Below are positions 25,801 through 49,725 of a stretch of DNA of 64,000 nt, one piece after another. Position 1 is the first letter of the stretch. Every line of letters starts with the position of its first letter. Under the pieces are notes generated by a model. The model saw only the letters and a list, made by a program, of their open reading frames with translations. It did not search any database and was not told where the DNA came from. The stretch is from Balanoglossus misakiensis (taxonomy: Eukaryota; Animalia; Hemichordata): the NCBI GenBank assembly GCA_040954595.2, contig CM082580.2, positions 10,208,390-10,272,389 on the forward strand, in the 5' to 3' direction. The position numbers and the translations under genes are program-made.

Positions 25801-28614
25801 TATCTGCTGACACCAAAGTATCTACTTCCTTTATATAGCAGAAAGGGTATTCTAACATTCAGTGACGTTTCAAACAGGATTGAAAGATGGGTTGATACAG
25901 TTTGGTTAACCGCAGGGGACAAAGGTCAACCAAATCGTTCTACTCTTCAAGTGCATGTACTGTAAACTGAGTGATTTGTTCCAGGGGAAGATTAAAGTCT
26001 TGCAGAGTGGTCCAACAAATCTTTGCGTCCAAGACTTGTTGCACGTAATATTTTGGCAATGCTATTGAAGTTTTTTGCAGGGTGCCAGGGTCCACTTTTG
26101 GCACTCTGTATTACATGTCGAAACGAGGTCATTGTACTTGTGGATAATCTCTTTGTGTGATTAACAGCAATTTTCCACGACCTGCTCACATGACATGCAG
26201 AACCACAATAGATCCAAAGTACAAGATTGTGGTCTGACACAGGTAGAAACAAAGGGTACATATATATAACATGTGATCACTTGGCTGCTGACCTACTGAC
26301 TACTGAGCATGGTACTATGGAGTGTCAGTCCAAAGGTCATGGGTCATCCAGTACTCTATTTCAATTCAGTCACACCATGATTACAGCATTCCAGCGACCC
26401 AAATTCCATGGCCTAATTTGCAGAGCATTTATATAGTGGTTTTCAAGGATAGATTTCAAATATCAAAATCAATTCTTTAGAAGTATTGAACTCAAATTAT
26501 AAATATTCAAACATTTTGCGTGATTCCATATAGGAGACTGTGGTTGGGTTGATTTCTTGGACTGTTCCACTACTAAAATAAATTAAAGGATTTTCAACAA
26601 CTAGCTTGTTCATTTGTTACTAACACTTTGAAAACTTTCTTTAATTGAGACTTTTACCTTGACACTGTCATCTGTATAAACACAAGAAACCAAGCTCTTG
26701 ATAAAGTCAAGGATCCACAATAAAATGCTGAGGACATGCCTTGAACAGCGCCCCCAGGCAGTGAACTGATAAAATCTACATCTCCAGACCTGACACATTG
26801 TAAAAGCATGGCCACATGTTGACTGGGGCACAATATCAGATATCATAAAATATCAAATATTTGAAATAACCATGGTTATTATATACATTTTTAAAGAAAT
26901 TTCTATGGCTGAAATACTAGTATACAATTTTACAGATTCAACAGAGATGGAATGTGATGACACGAACAGCAAATCATTATTCGGGATGTACATATCTGAA
27001 CAAAAATGCTGACAATTGCAAGTCCAAACTGCTGCAAAAATGTAATGATATGTATATCCTAAATAACCATTTGCTGTTCTTGTAATATCATATTCAATCT
27101 CACTGTGTATCTGTACTTCATATACACGTACATCAGCTATTGGAATCTCTCAAAGTGGTGACAATGTCTCTGCCCCTTCAAGTTTGATGACTGGAGTTAA
27201 CATAAATGTACTTACCATGCAAACATCTACTGGCAGTCAAGATAATCAGTTCAGATAAAGCAACAAAAAGATCTAGTGGAAAAAGACAGAATATGGATGT
27301 AATTGACCATAACATGCAAGTAAGAAAATTCCTGACAGACTTCAATCATCTTGTCAAATGTTCAATACAGCAATTAGACAGTTTTGTAAAATAGTGGATC
27401 ATTGAAAATCAGTACTCATTGAAGAATAAACACATGACATGCAAAGCATGTATGAAATAATCTACTTACCCTTTTCACCACTATCTCCCCATCGTTCAAA
27501 ATACTTGGTAGCCTCCTCTTCAATCATTGGTACATGCTTTCTAAATCTGGCTATATTCAGTCCAGTTTTGAACATTTTCTTCTGTTCCAAGAAAATCTAG
27601 TAAACCAGATTATAAAACAGAGAAAATATCATACAACTGAAATCACATGGCTTGGCTTGATTGCAGAAACACCCCCATCCTGTTGCCTATTATATAGATC
27701 ATGAAAACACCGACAGTCTCCTGCATGTCATAAGGTATGTATCCAAACACACTCACTGCATTGGGCACATCATACGCCACACCATTACCAAAGACAGGTG
27801 TCACCAATCTGGAATACACGTCCTCCGCATTTAAGTCATCATTCTTACTGTTAAAGAAGAGGGTGCTGGAATCAGGACCAACAAGGTAAGTGAAGGTCTT
27901 GCCAGCCATGGTGAAACTGAACACAGGACCATACTGTGAGGGAGAAAAAACATTTTGCTGACATTAAGCACACTTGCTACACTTGGTTTGTTTACTTTGT
28001 GCATATTTCATACTGATGCAATTTTTAATACAATCTATTTGGATTGTAATTTGTATGAACAAATGTTAATTATGAACAGGTTGAATGAATGAATGAAAGG
28101 ATGAATGAATGGATGGATGGATGGATGAATGAATGAATGAATGAATGAATGAACGAACGAACGAATGAATGAATATTATAATTGCTCACCTTCAGATATG
28201 CATTTTCTAAAAAGTCCAATGGACTCTTGTTGAAGGCTATCGCCTGGCCAAGGAATGGAATTTTGGAGGAAATATATGGGGGATACTTCTGCAAAAGAAG
28301 AATCAGGTGATACGTTCATTGCATTATGCAATAAAAAATATATCACCACATTCAGAAATAAATTTAAAATATATTAATGACATTATAGACAATAAATAAA
28401 ATACATTGGCATAATTAACAGAAAATATTTGATTGGTAAACCTCACCTCTTCACTCTTCTCCCGAATTCCGAAATAACCCATCAGTTTCTTGATCACGTA
28501 TGTCACGACTATCAAAAATGTTGCAGTGTACAACACCATAGTCACTGTGCTCGCCTCTTTCCATTTTCCGACGGCTCCTTCCACAATCGTGCTTCCAGAG
28601 TACCCCAAGACCAT
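22862..28614 (-). CDS. CYP51: Sterol (lanosterol) 14-alpha-demethylase, cytochrome P450 family 51, 13 exons, 503 aa
   Basis: Exons 28447-28614, 28190-28288, 27757-27933, 27470-27596, 27216-27272, 25541-25704, 24477-24550, 24153-24282, 23991-24056, 23777-23872, 23499-23611, 23183-23241, 22862-23043 (sum 1512 nt, in frame). Signatures: [17 protein letters not shown]-helix [15 protein letters not shown] (ExxR), FNPDRF, heme motif [11 protein letters not shown]; N-terminal membrane anchor. Confidence 0.97.
28082..28174. repeat. Compound tetranucleotide microsatellite (TGAA/TGGA/CGAA)n in CYP51 intron 2
   Basis: Visible run of tgaa, tgga and cgaa units. Confidence 0.95.
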
Positions 28615-29183
28615 GTTTGTGGTTGGAATTCGTTGTATTAATTGCACCTACAATCACTGACAGACTGGTTGCCAAGACCGGCGTCAGTCTCCCCAACACA
28701 AGGTGTAGCAGACGCTAAGGACAGACGATGCCTTGCAACAGCTCAGCCAAGAGTCAACTATCTACGCGAGGTCAAAGGGTAGAAAATAAGACCGCCAGAG
28801 ATATCGCTGGATATTTTTTTCGGAGACGACGAAATAACCTGAATTTTTTCTCCGCAGTTTAGACAATCAGGACAGTTTTCGTATCAATGTGTAGAAGTTA
28901 AAAATATGAAAAATGACCTCAGTTGATATTAGTTCGCAAAATCGCACCCCTGGTGATCCGCCTCATCTTCCGGTAATACTGCAATTTGATTGGTGGAAGG
29001 TTGGTCAGCTCATATGACGTAATTTGAGGAATCACCCCCTGGTCATAATGACAACATAAGCAGATGATCAGGTCACTTATGACATCAAGGCCCGACATTT
29101 ACGACTGCGGATCTGTTTGGATAGTGGGCGGTTGCCGGTCTAGTTACGCCGTTTAGGAGTAGCGTGCAGGGAAAAACAATAGG
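28615..29183. promoter_or_regulatory. Candidate bidirectional promoter shared by CYP51 and LSS
   Basis: 569 bp between divergent ATGs. SRE-like ATCACCCCCT (29031-29040; SRE1 consensus ATCACCCCAC), related ATCGCACCCCTGGTGAT (28941-28957), inverted CCAAT ATTGG (28989-28993), CRE-like TGACGTAA (29015-29022), GC box GGGCGG (~29126-29131), DR1-like AGGTCAAAGGGTA (28769-28781). Confidence 0.7.
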
Positions 29184-38541
<9,358 letters not shown>

Positions 38542-40534
38542 CGACACCCTGCTTCCCCTAAAATGTTAAATAATAGTGGATTGGCCCAGAGTACTGTGCA
38601 TGATGGGGTCAGTCTATTTATCAAATGGGTAGGAAACAACAGTGAGAGAATTGAATAGGCTCGATGTGATAATGAAACACACTTCGACATAGTTGTGACA
38701 ACTGTTTTTGAGGCCTTGTAATGCAATAAAATTCTCACTGACAACTGTTTTTTTTATGATGAAATATTAATGTGCAATATTTTGCTGCTTGATGTAAACA
38801 AGTCTGAAATGTTGTAATGGTCAAAATTTCATATCATGTCATGCATTGTCGTAGTGTAGACTGTAAAATAAATAGTCAATGACAGATCTTTTACCATGAT
38901 TGCTGGCGACTTTTCCCCTAAAAGTTGCTGCCACAACAGTGTGTCCAGTGACAATCCGAATGTTATTTTTAAAGAATCAATAACTTGTAAAATCACTGTC
39001 ACAAATAAAAATGACGACTCATTAACATGTGTTACAATGTCTGTTGTTTTATTGCCTGTAAAAATTCAGTCAAAAGAAATTGTGACAGATGGACCACACA
39101 TTCTGTGCATCTTGTATTTTACACCACATCCACACACAGTTACACTGACCAATCTCATCTTTTTTCGAAATGGCAGGATTCGAAAACAAAATTCTGTGAA
39201 TTTCAGGATGAAATTGATTTAAATTGCAGCCTGTTTAAAACTGTGATCATACTTGAACTGAACTTTTTTCTGTTGGAGGGCTTAAACGTTAACTTACAAG
39301 TCTTTTAAACATCAGTGATTTACCACTGACACACGTACATGTATATGTACAATCAAAAATCATCCACATGAAACAGAGACCCACCAGTGTGTTGCATTGT
39401 ACAACTGACAGCAGCCAACTGGCAACAAGGAGAGCATTTTTTAAACAGAGAAAAGCATACTTTTCGGCATACTGCCCTCACACACACAACACAACTGCCA
39501 GTTGACTTGTATGTCAGTCACGAAAGAAAACAAAAATCTTTGACGTTTCACGCAAAGTGTACATAAGAGTACTGAATGGCTGGCCACTGGTGATAGTTCT
39601 ACAAGTACTGATTTGACTTTCTCGTGGAATTGTGGTGTCCACATTACGGCCAGTGAAATGCAATAATGGCATTTAATTAGGTGTCAATAGTATAGTAGTG
39701 TAAACGCATGGCAAGGACTATTTTTGGCTGTAACCCTTGAGAAATTCTGTCGTGTCAAATCTAAAATAACAGTATAGCTTTGACATTTAAAGGGAGTGTT
39801 AGAAAAGCAGAAATATGCCGGCATATGAATATTCATGACCGGGACACACAACAGTCGAGATCGCGCGTATTATGCACCGATTGGTTTCATGTTTGTGTGA
39901 TACGGAACACTCCTCAGAAAACAGAAAAAGTCACTCGCGAAAAAAGACGTGCTGTTGAGGGTTCTCAGGGAAAGGGATGACCACAAAACATAATCCGGTG
40001 TTTAGCAACAGGGAATGAACTTCAGTTGATATGTGATAGTCAACAATAAATACACACTCACATTTTTTCCCCCACCAGACTCGATTTGGAATTAAGGCAT
40101 ACTATAGATAAACCTGAAAGACTCATTTTTTTCCATATTCCTTGCAACAACAACAAAAAATATCGACAAAAAGGCACTTGCATTAAATTTGAACTAAACT
40201 CTAAAAAAAATAATTAAACGTTCAAATAGAATATATTTATATACGCATATTTTGATTTGCTTTGTGAATTACATAGCACCAATCACTCTAAAAGTCACTT
40301 CATTTTCTGAGAAAATTTTACACTGATTGCAGCAAAATTTTATTTTAAAATCAATCGCAATAGTACTATATACACTTTTCTAGTGTATAGAATTAGACAG
40401 TGGAATTTCATCTTTTGGTATTTTTTACCATTTTTTTCTTCAAAAAATAGGGTAATATAAAGGATAATTTGGGAAATAAATAACTGTACAGTGTCTATAT
40501 TTTCACCAGGTTTGAATTGGAAGATCTGAACGGG

Positions 40535-43500
40535 TTATCTCTTGGAGTATATTCCATACTGAGATTTTCCTAATGTGCTACCTGCAATCAGAAAGAGAGA
40601 ATGAGTTAGAAATCACCAGTTGCTGATCTGACAAGTGGAATGCGGTTTTGAACTCTGAATCATGGCTATCAGTGACTCACCCCTTTGAACACGTTCCAAT
40701 CTATCTTGTAAGTTGGCTAATCTTTGGATGTAGCTGTCATCGGTGAATGCATCATCTGCAGGTACAGACGACACGACGGATACTGATGCTGGTGGGCTTT
40801 GTTCCTCAACTACTCCATACATCCTGCAAACAATAACGCAACAATGTGCTGATTTGCAGTGCTTAGAGTAGAGCCATATTTTCAGATGACAACGAAGAAC
40901 TTTACGTTTAAGACAATGCATCTTTAAAGGCCAAAATTCCACAGACAATGCATCTTTAAAGGCCAAAATTCCACACTCGGGCACTACTCACTTAATAGAG
41001 GACAATAATTGGAATATGATATGGACAATAAGTTATTTTTCGACACACTTTCCAGACAGAAGAATCCAGACTCTACCTTGGTGACGTGTACGGACTCGCA
41101 GACCTGGCTCTGGTACTTCTATCAGCTGAATATCCATCTCTGCTAGGTGGAGTCCGCCCAGTATATGATGATGACATGTGTGTGTCTCTGTTTCTGTATG
41201 GACTGCCGTGCACAGGACTTGTGCTGAGTGTTGAGGTGTGCAGTGATGATGGTGACGAGTGTGTCCCTCCCACTGCAGACGAACCTATCCGCGACGCCCT
41301 CTTCCACTTACGGACTAAGAACTTCAGCCTACGATAAGAAAAATTCAAATAGAAGTGTTTATGCCTTTTTTCATAGAGATGACCTCTAACGCCCCCAACA
41401 GTCATCTATGCAAATCTTTTATTTTTCAATTTTACCCATGATGATTTTAGATCCATAGCCAAACGGGGAGTGCTATCCATCTGTCACTATATAATGGCTA
41501 GTGCCCCTATACAGTCTATGATCCATTTCTTTTGATTTTCAACATTACCCTTTAACATGCTCATCTTCACATATTGCCAACAATTTAATTTTTTTTAACA
41601 CCGAAATTTTACTCACCTTGAGAGAGCAATAACAACCCTGACGGCACTTCGGAATCTTGTGAAAGCTCGAGGATGTCTCGATCTCCTCTCCAAGTCTTCA
41701 GGCGACGGGTAAGCACCCATCTTGGAGATCAGTGACAACGTAGCTTGCTCACAGTCATGGAAGCCACCAAGCAGCAGTAACAGGTACTTCTTCTGATAAA
41801 CCAAGGCCTTCCTGAAGCTCTCGGCTCTTAAGTATTTACCGTACAACCTCTGCATCTGTTTTTAGAAAGGACAATGGTTGAAAGATTAAAAATATACAGA
41901 CTCAGAAAATGTATTCTGTTAGACTGTGAATAATTGAAACAAAATGCCTATATCCAATCAGTTTTCTCTTTCCCCCATCGGAGACACACTCACTATTAAA
42001 TTGCAACACTCATTACCTTTAACTGTATAGACTCTGATGGAACAGCAGCGGCCGCTTGCTGTGCTAATGCGTCTCGCCTCATGGCTTCCTGTCGTAGTTC
42101 GGATTTCAAGCGGACAATTTCAGACTCGGCTTCCTGTAATGCTCTCTGGTTTGCCAGCCTTTCCCTCGCCCAGGCTGCTCTTTCCGTGGCCAGCACAGTC
42201 TCCGCACTGTCTAAGGATCTTCTTGTGGTCTACACAATCAATGTAGTAGGGAAGGAAATACAAAACGTAAGGAGGAGAAATAATTTCACCTGAAGGAATT
42301 TTTTCCTAGGGTAACTGATGATAAATTTGCTTTTCATTGACTACCCATATGCCTTCTAAGTAATTATTTATTCACAACAATTTGTACAGAAATAAGACAC
42401 TATACCGTGCCATATATCAAATAACCCACTCAACCCTACAAGATGAAGATTCCTGAAACTCCATCTGAGCTTACCCATTCTCGTTCTGACTCCTTCTGTC
42501 TGTACTTCCAGACTTCCTCTTCAAGTTTGGCCAGTGCTCCTCTCAGTTCAGTCTTCTCTTCGCTGAGTTTGGACACGAAACTTGTCAGCTCTGAGTTCTG
42601 TTTGAGAATTCTCTCATTGAGTGCAGACATCGGTGGGGAGCCCATCGTCTGTCCTTCCTGTCAAACAAAAGAAATAAAAGAAAATTGTAAAATGACTGCA
42701 ATCAAGACGTACAGTTGTAAATTATACCGCACATGTTTACACACATGACAGAAATAAAACTACATGGAAAATACTTACTTCAGACGCCAGTGCTCCTTTC
42801 ACTTGATTCAGCTCTTTGGTGATTTCGTGAAGCGCCCTCTGCAATTGGAGCAGTTCTTCCTCAGTGTAGGGTTGATGCATGTCTCCATCACCAGTCCTGC
42901 GATGATAAATAACAATCAACGTTGCGTGCAAAACATGTGCTTCAAATATCCCTTTATCATGGGATATGGACCAAGCTTTACCAAACTGGGATAGGTCATA
43001 CCATGTCTGATTCTCACAGGTGAATTCACATACCAGTAGTTCCATTTGCTTTTAGACTACTTATCAGCCAAGTTATAGCGGCCACAATCAACTAAGATTG
43101 GGATTATGAAACTAAAAATTACCTGATAGACCTCCTTCCAAGCTCTTCCTGGTGTTTTATGGCCAACAGTTGTAAATTCTGTCTGACATTTTCCAACTGA
43201 TGTCTGTAATTTGAAATAGTGGCCTGACTTGGACTTGGCTTGGACATGCTCTCAAATCCTGACCTCTGCGCTCCTTTGGAGATTTCCTGAGAGGGTAAAA
43301 TAAACAATTACAACATCATGGCTATTGATTCATTGGAGAAACTTCATTGGCTGCTGTGGCTTTCGAAAAGGTCTGTGATCACAACATATGTCACAACTGA
43401 CACCTGTACATATATGCCGGATATGAAGGGATTATTCCCTGAAACCGTACAACATTGGCATTTCTCTCTCTGGAATTTGTCACCCTGGTAACAGCGGTAC

Positions 43501-46500
43501 AGAGGATATACTTTTTAATTTCAATACTTGGGTATCTATGGTGACTTTTGTCATGTTCACGCCATGATTCTATATTTGTACAGTGCAGTCTTTGACAGGC
43601 CTTTGTGTTGTAGAACCTTCCCCTGTAACTGATAAATGTTAAGTGTCTTGTATTTGTGGGTCATATTACTCAAGGACTTTCCAGAAGTTTTTTTCCTGTG
43701 GCGCTGACACGACAAGGCTACATGCATTTAACATCATCATTCCTCGAATCTGAAAATTTGACTCACAGTCTCAAATGCATGTTGGATTTCATCAGCATCT
43801 GTTTCTGTTGTACCATTCAGATTGACCGATCGTCTGTGCATCTCTCGGACTTTTTCCAGCTCTCTCTGCTGTTCGATCAGCGATATTTTCTGCTTCAATT
43901 CCTTCTTCTCGATCTCCAGAGTCTCAATCTTCTGTCTGTCCAACTGTTTCTCCAAATCCCTGTCTCTCTGTTGGTATAAATGAAACATTTAGATCTTATA
44001 TCTAGTAAGACAACATATGCAGAAGAGCGAATTGATTGTTTTCACCCTACCAAAGCCACAGTACAAACTGCGACAAGTGGGTTTTCATGCATAGGGTAAA
44101 TGTAGGGTTCTCAGTGTGAGATTTGTGAAAACACAATCAAGGATCCAAAATTCACTATATTGTATCTGCAATTTTGGTACAAGTACATGTACGCATTAAA
44201 ATAGAATCATATTTAGTGATGGCGTAAAATTTTCTTGTTAGATTTTGTAAGCAAGTTAGAAAAGCATTTTACCAGAACCATATCTCACTAGTAAATGAAC
44301 TTCATGATTAAGTCACTCAGTGTTAACAGAAAGTTAGTCGAGTCAGAGGATTTGAATTAAAAGATTTGAGACTGTGGAAATATCAAGCTAAATGGGAACA
44401 CTTTCTTTCAAATTAAATACCGGGACTGGAAACAAGCAACTCTTTAAGTGACACGCGTCACAAAAATAGTTGGAAGACCATGACGAGACAGACATTGATT
44501 CTACCTGTTTTTGTTTGGCAAGTTCTTTCTCCCTTTCCCTCTCCCTCTCTTTCTGTCTCTCTACTTGTCTCTCCTTCTCTCTCAGAGTCTCCTGCTCTCT
44601 CTCTTTCTCTTTGAGCGCCATCAGCTGTGCCTGCGTCCTGTCTCTATCATTGTGCAGTCGGTTGCTACGATCTCTCTCCGAATCCAACTGCCTAGTCGTT
44701 TCCTGTTTCTGTGTCTGTGTGCAGAAAACGGGACGCAAACAGTGCCGTGGTTATGGGGGATGAAGATGGTTAATAATCAGGAGGGGGGGGGGGGAGAAGA
44801 GGTAACCCAGAGGGTCAAAGGTCACCCATCACCAATCAGAGACACTCATTTGGAATTTAGTATTCTGTAGGCATATTTAGTCATTACTGCAGTTCATTCG
44901 TGTTGTTTAATTCTTTAATTAAAACCACCACCATTGTTAGAAGTGCGTTAGTTCCACATACCTGTAAAGTATCCAGAGATGATTTCAGTTGATGGGCTAC
45001 GGCCCTCTCTCTATCCAGATCTTCCCTGGCTTTGGTTCTCTCTGCCTCCAGCACAGAACCCAGCGTGCTGATGGTGTGTTTGGCCTGCTCTGCCGCTGTG
45101 TGCAGATCGATGCACTTCTTCCTCTCGGCGTCCACCTGTGCCTTGAGTTCTGATATGGTCGACTGATCCCTGGTGGACATCTCTTGCTGCGAGTTTCTCT
45201 CTCTCTCCAGGGATTCTTGTAGCTTGGTGTTCAGGTTGCGTTCTCGCTGTTTGGAGGGGGGACGGGGGTCAGGTCAGAGATGTCACAATAGAACTTCACT
45301 CATAACCAGGTAAACCAATTTCAGTGACTGAGTACCCTCGCTTGATTATAACCTTGCTTTCCCAGATGAAATGAAACTATTCTACCCATTGGGATAGATA
45401 ACACCTTAGATTAATGATGACTTACCTGCAAAGCCGATCCCAACTCCTCAGACCTCGTCTTCTCAACTTCGAGCGAGGCCTTCATCTCGGCAGCCTTGGT
45501 TCTTTCAGACGATATGATCGTCTTGGCCTGCGTCTTCTCTGACTGTAGCTCTCTCTCCAAAGCCTCACAAGCAAGGTGTTCTCTCTCGTACAGATTGCTC
45601 TTTTCTGTTCTCTTTGTCTTCTCCCTCTCTAGGCTGGCTCTCAATTCCTGAAAGTGAACACAACAGATTTGGATTTATTCTCATTTGTGATTGACTGAAG
45701 TTGTATAGTTTTTATAGTATTGCTCACAACATAGATCATTCTTTCCTTGTAGATATTAATAATGAGTCAGATGAAACTGAGCTGCAGTGTTGATATCACA
45801 TCATATCAAGACACATGACCATGTGACTGTCTCTCATCTACCTGTAGAGGGCAGTGTTCACAAGAAAAGTTAGGGGTCGGTTGCAAGAGCCCTAGTCTGC
45901 TTAAGGATCCAATGCTGAAACATCCTACCTTGATGGTGTCTTGATCTCTGTTTGACGCATGCATGCTGCGTTCACTTTCATTCTCAATGGTTGATTTCAG
46001 ATGTTCTGAAGTCTGCCTCTCCATTTCTAACTCTTCCTTCAGTTTGGAATTCATCAACTTCTCAACTTCAAGAGCAGATCTGAAAATAACAAAAGTATAT
46101 GTGGTAAGGAGAGAAAGTTGCGGCATTTTCATAAATCCAATACAGGTATTTTAAAGATTTTTGAAAAAAGTTTCCAGGATAAAGGTTATGATAATAGCTT
46201 CAAGGAGTGTTGTGCAGGGGTGTTTACAAGCATTTGTAAGCGTTTACAAACTGTAAGCACATCACATTTCCACAAATGTATAGACGAGTGAAATTTCAAG
46301 CATTTTCTACTACTGGTCAAATTGAGGACTCCACTACAAATGTACAATATGAATTCATAGAGGGTAACAAGCTACGGGTGAAGGGAGTTCTCTTCACATG
46401 CTACTGGAGAACATAACAGACAAAATAGAGACAAGACAGACAGACAGTGCTCAATGCATGCTCCATGCCACAGCATGCCGACACAGAAATTATAGCAGGC

Positions 46501-49500
46501 ATTTGCAACAGTGATAGTTCCCAAAAGACTTACAAGAAATTTTCCGCCACCCTCCTGTCACAGGGGAGAAAAGGGACAAGAATGAAAACTGAGATGTAAA
46601 CATGTATGCTGGTTACACACATGGACAGATAGATGACACCACAAATCAACTTCCAGTGAGAACAGTAAATTCCCTAAGACCCCATTACGTTTAGATACAA
46701 AAGTGGTGATGAAACTGAACAGCCAAGCATGAACCACTCCGCATCATTGGCGAGTTAGCTCCATCACAGCATCTGTAAGTATAGTGCAGCACAAGGTGGG
46801 ACTACACCACAGACAACTGCATGAAAACCAAATCATTCACAGGGCATTTCTACCAGTGCTTTGTCACCTGCCCTCCTCAGAAACAAACACCCTGTGCCAA
46901 CAACTATACAAACCACACACACACACACACACAGACTGGCAGTAATAGATCACTTACGAGACTGCGTCCAATCTGGCTTGCTCTCTGTCAAACGTGCTGC
47001 CCACTCTATCAAGTTTGGTCTGCAGCTGGGAAATCTCGTTTTTCAGATCAACGTTTCGCGCCTTCTCCCGCATCAGATCATCAGACAGTTCTGCCGTCTT
47101 TGCCTTCTCCACATCCAGAGACCCCCTGATATCCCCAGCCAGTGTCTTCTCTTGCTGGTACTTGTATTCCAGCATTTCCACTGAAAATATCCAAATGAAT
47201 ACATCATTCATGAAGAACCATAGTACTTACATGTACCGGTATAGGTCAACTAATAATTACTCATTTTATGTTCACCCTTTTCTCATTAGATTTATTCTAA
47301 TAACTATAGATAATGTCCAATGCATTCAGTTCTACAAGGATACATGAATCATCTTTTCTGAACGTGACTTCCTTTATTTCTCTTTAATGTTCAAGTCACC
47401 TGTCATTCCCTGTTAACTCAATTCAAGTGACGGCATTGAAATGTTGATCACATATACACACACGATGCATGATAAAACCTTAACCCACCAAGTATTGTAC
47501 CTACACTACCTGACACTGAATGGAAGAATCCAATAATGTACACTATAATCTAAATTCACCTGAACAGTCCATTTTCAGGAAAGGGTACATGGGATGGTAA
47601 AGTTTGTTGCGTTTAGAGCAGAGCCTGCCGAGTCAGAGCTGATGCAAAATTAGTGAAGCGTGAGAATGACTGCCTGACACATGCAGCGATCACAGAGCGC
47701 CAGTAAAGGGCGCAAGGCATTTGTACATGCTGCCTCATGCTGCTTTGGAAATTGAAAAGCAAATGTCAGGGCAGACAGATTATCCCTGACAGACAGGAGC
47801 CCCATGCAGAAACTGCCAATGTGGAAAATAAAACACACAAAAAAAAGAAAAAGATACATTGGCTGTGTGCATTTGGAAGGCATCACTTACATATGGTTTT
47901 AGTATAGTTTTGGATTAGTATGATAAGACGGCGGACAGAATCATAGGATCCTGCACTGTGGGCTCCGACGACGTTAGTTTGGACAGCTTGCAAAGAAACG
48001 ACGAACAAAAGCGAAACAGAAAATGTTTGGTGTCAGTATGAAATTATAAGGCGAGACACGATGGCAGGCAGATGGATGCAGACACACAGATATAGCTTGG
48101 GTGATTTTGTTTATGGCAATACATGGAACCGCGATATCATGATGGAGTTTATTAGAGAGTTTCAACAAAAAACAAATAGCATGACCGGTGTTTTACTGGG
48201 TGTTGCACAGAATTGTTATTCTTCCATGGTGACTTTCCATCAATTCTAAAAAAATCATGGAACATGGTTTTGATTTTGACACCCCAGGAATGTTAATAGT
48301 TTGTTAATATTGGAAAGATGGGATGGCCTAAAAACTTTTCCATCAACAACAACCACTGGACACATACATCAGTCGCCCAAATCAACCATTATCACTGACA
48401 GATCCACACAGACACACAAGGCAACAAACTCACCATGTCTGTTCATCTGTCGCTGTCTCTGCGTGTCCTGATCTTCAAAGTTCTTGATCTGTTGGCCGAG
48501 CTTCTCGCTCTGTTCTTGTTTCTCGCCCTGCAACACGCTGAGATGCGCCCTCAGATCGCGAATCTCTGCCAGCAGGGATGCTCGGTCCGCGGCCAGGATT
48601 TGCTCCAGGGCTGATCTCTGGTGCGACTCCTAAGTGTTAGGAGATTCAATGCATTTTCAGGATAAATCAGATCTAAACTAGAGCTGACAGCACCTCAAAA
48701 ACATTCATTAGTAGAATCACTTGCTTGACAGATTTTTATCATATGGCCTTCAGTCCATTTTTAAAATCATGGTGATTGAAGGCATATTTCAAAATTTCTT
48801 TGAGATATACCTGTTCTTTTATCCTTCTTTCCAGTTGTTGCAATTCAGTGAGATTCTGTTCACCATGGGCCACAACATGCGTACGCAACTCAGCCAGCAA
48901 TGTTTCTCTCTCTTTATCAAAGACATACTTGATAGCCTTCAGTAACTCAGCTCTCCAGTCATTGTCTCTACCTTCAGCAACCTACAACACCAAATTGACA
49001 AATTTTAGCAAAAACTTAGTTTCTGCATTTCTGATAACCCCAGCTTCATGTATGAAACATGTCTACTGGACTATATAAATAAACGAGAAACTTTTTTTAT
49101 CTATAGACAAGTGTATGTTATTTTGTGAATACACAATGATACAGTCTATATCTTAAGTTGGTGGGTATCATGAAACTGACTAGTGTCTTAGTATTTTCCA
49201 TGGAAACATCCAATCGGATGTGGCAGCATTAAAGGGTGCCAAGAAACTGCTCAAAGAAAAAGCACAGGATACTTTACAACTTGTAATTGTTCAAGCCATA
49301 CACAGAAATGTGCAATACATCTGTCAGAGTATAATGTATCCATAAGTGTTTCCTCAAGGCTTACCCAAACTCCTGAGGCTGTAGTCTGTGAGATGAGGTC
49401 TTTCAGTGCCTGTATCGCTGCCAGTAGCGTGTGCTTCTCACTCTCCCATGCATGCTGTAGTGTGTCGACATCCGCACTCTCTGGCGTCTTTGGTCTGGGT

Positions 49501-49680
49501 GAACTGTGTCTCCTGAGGTACACTAAGTCAGACAGTGACAGAACTTGAAGCCCGTCGTTGTACACTCGGTTCATCAGTGCCTGTCAAATAATTCAAAAAC
49601 ATCAATTCAGATCACAAACTTCATCATCATCATCATCATCGTCATCGTCGTCGTCGTCATCATCATCGTCATCGTCATCG

Positions 49681-49725
<45 letters not shown>

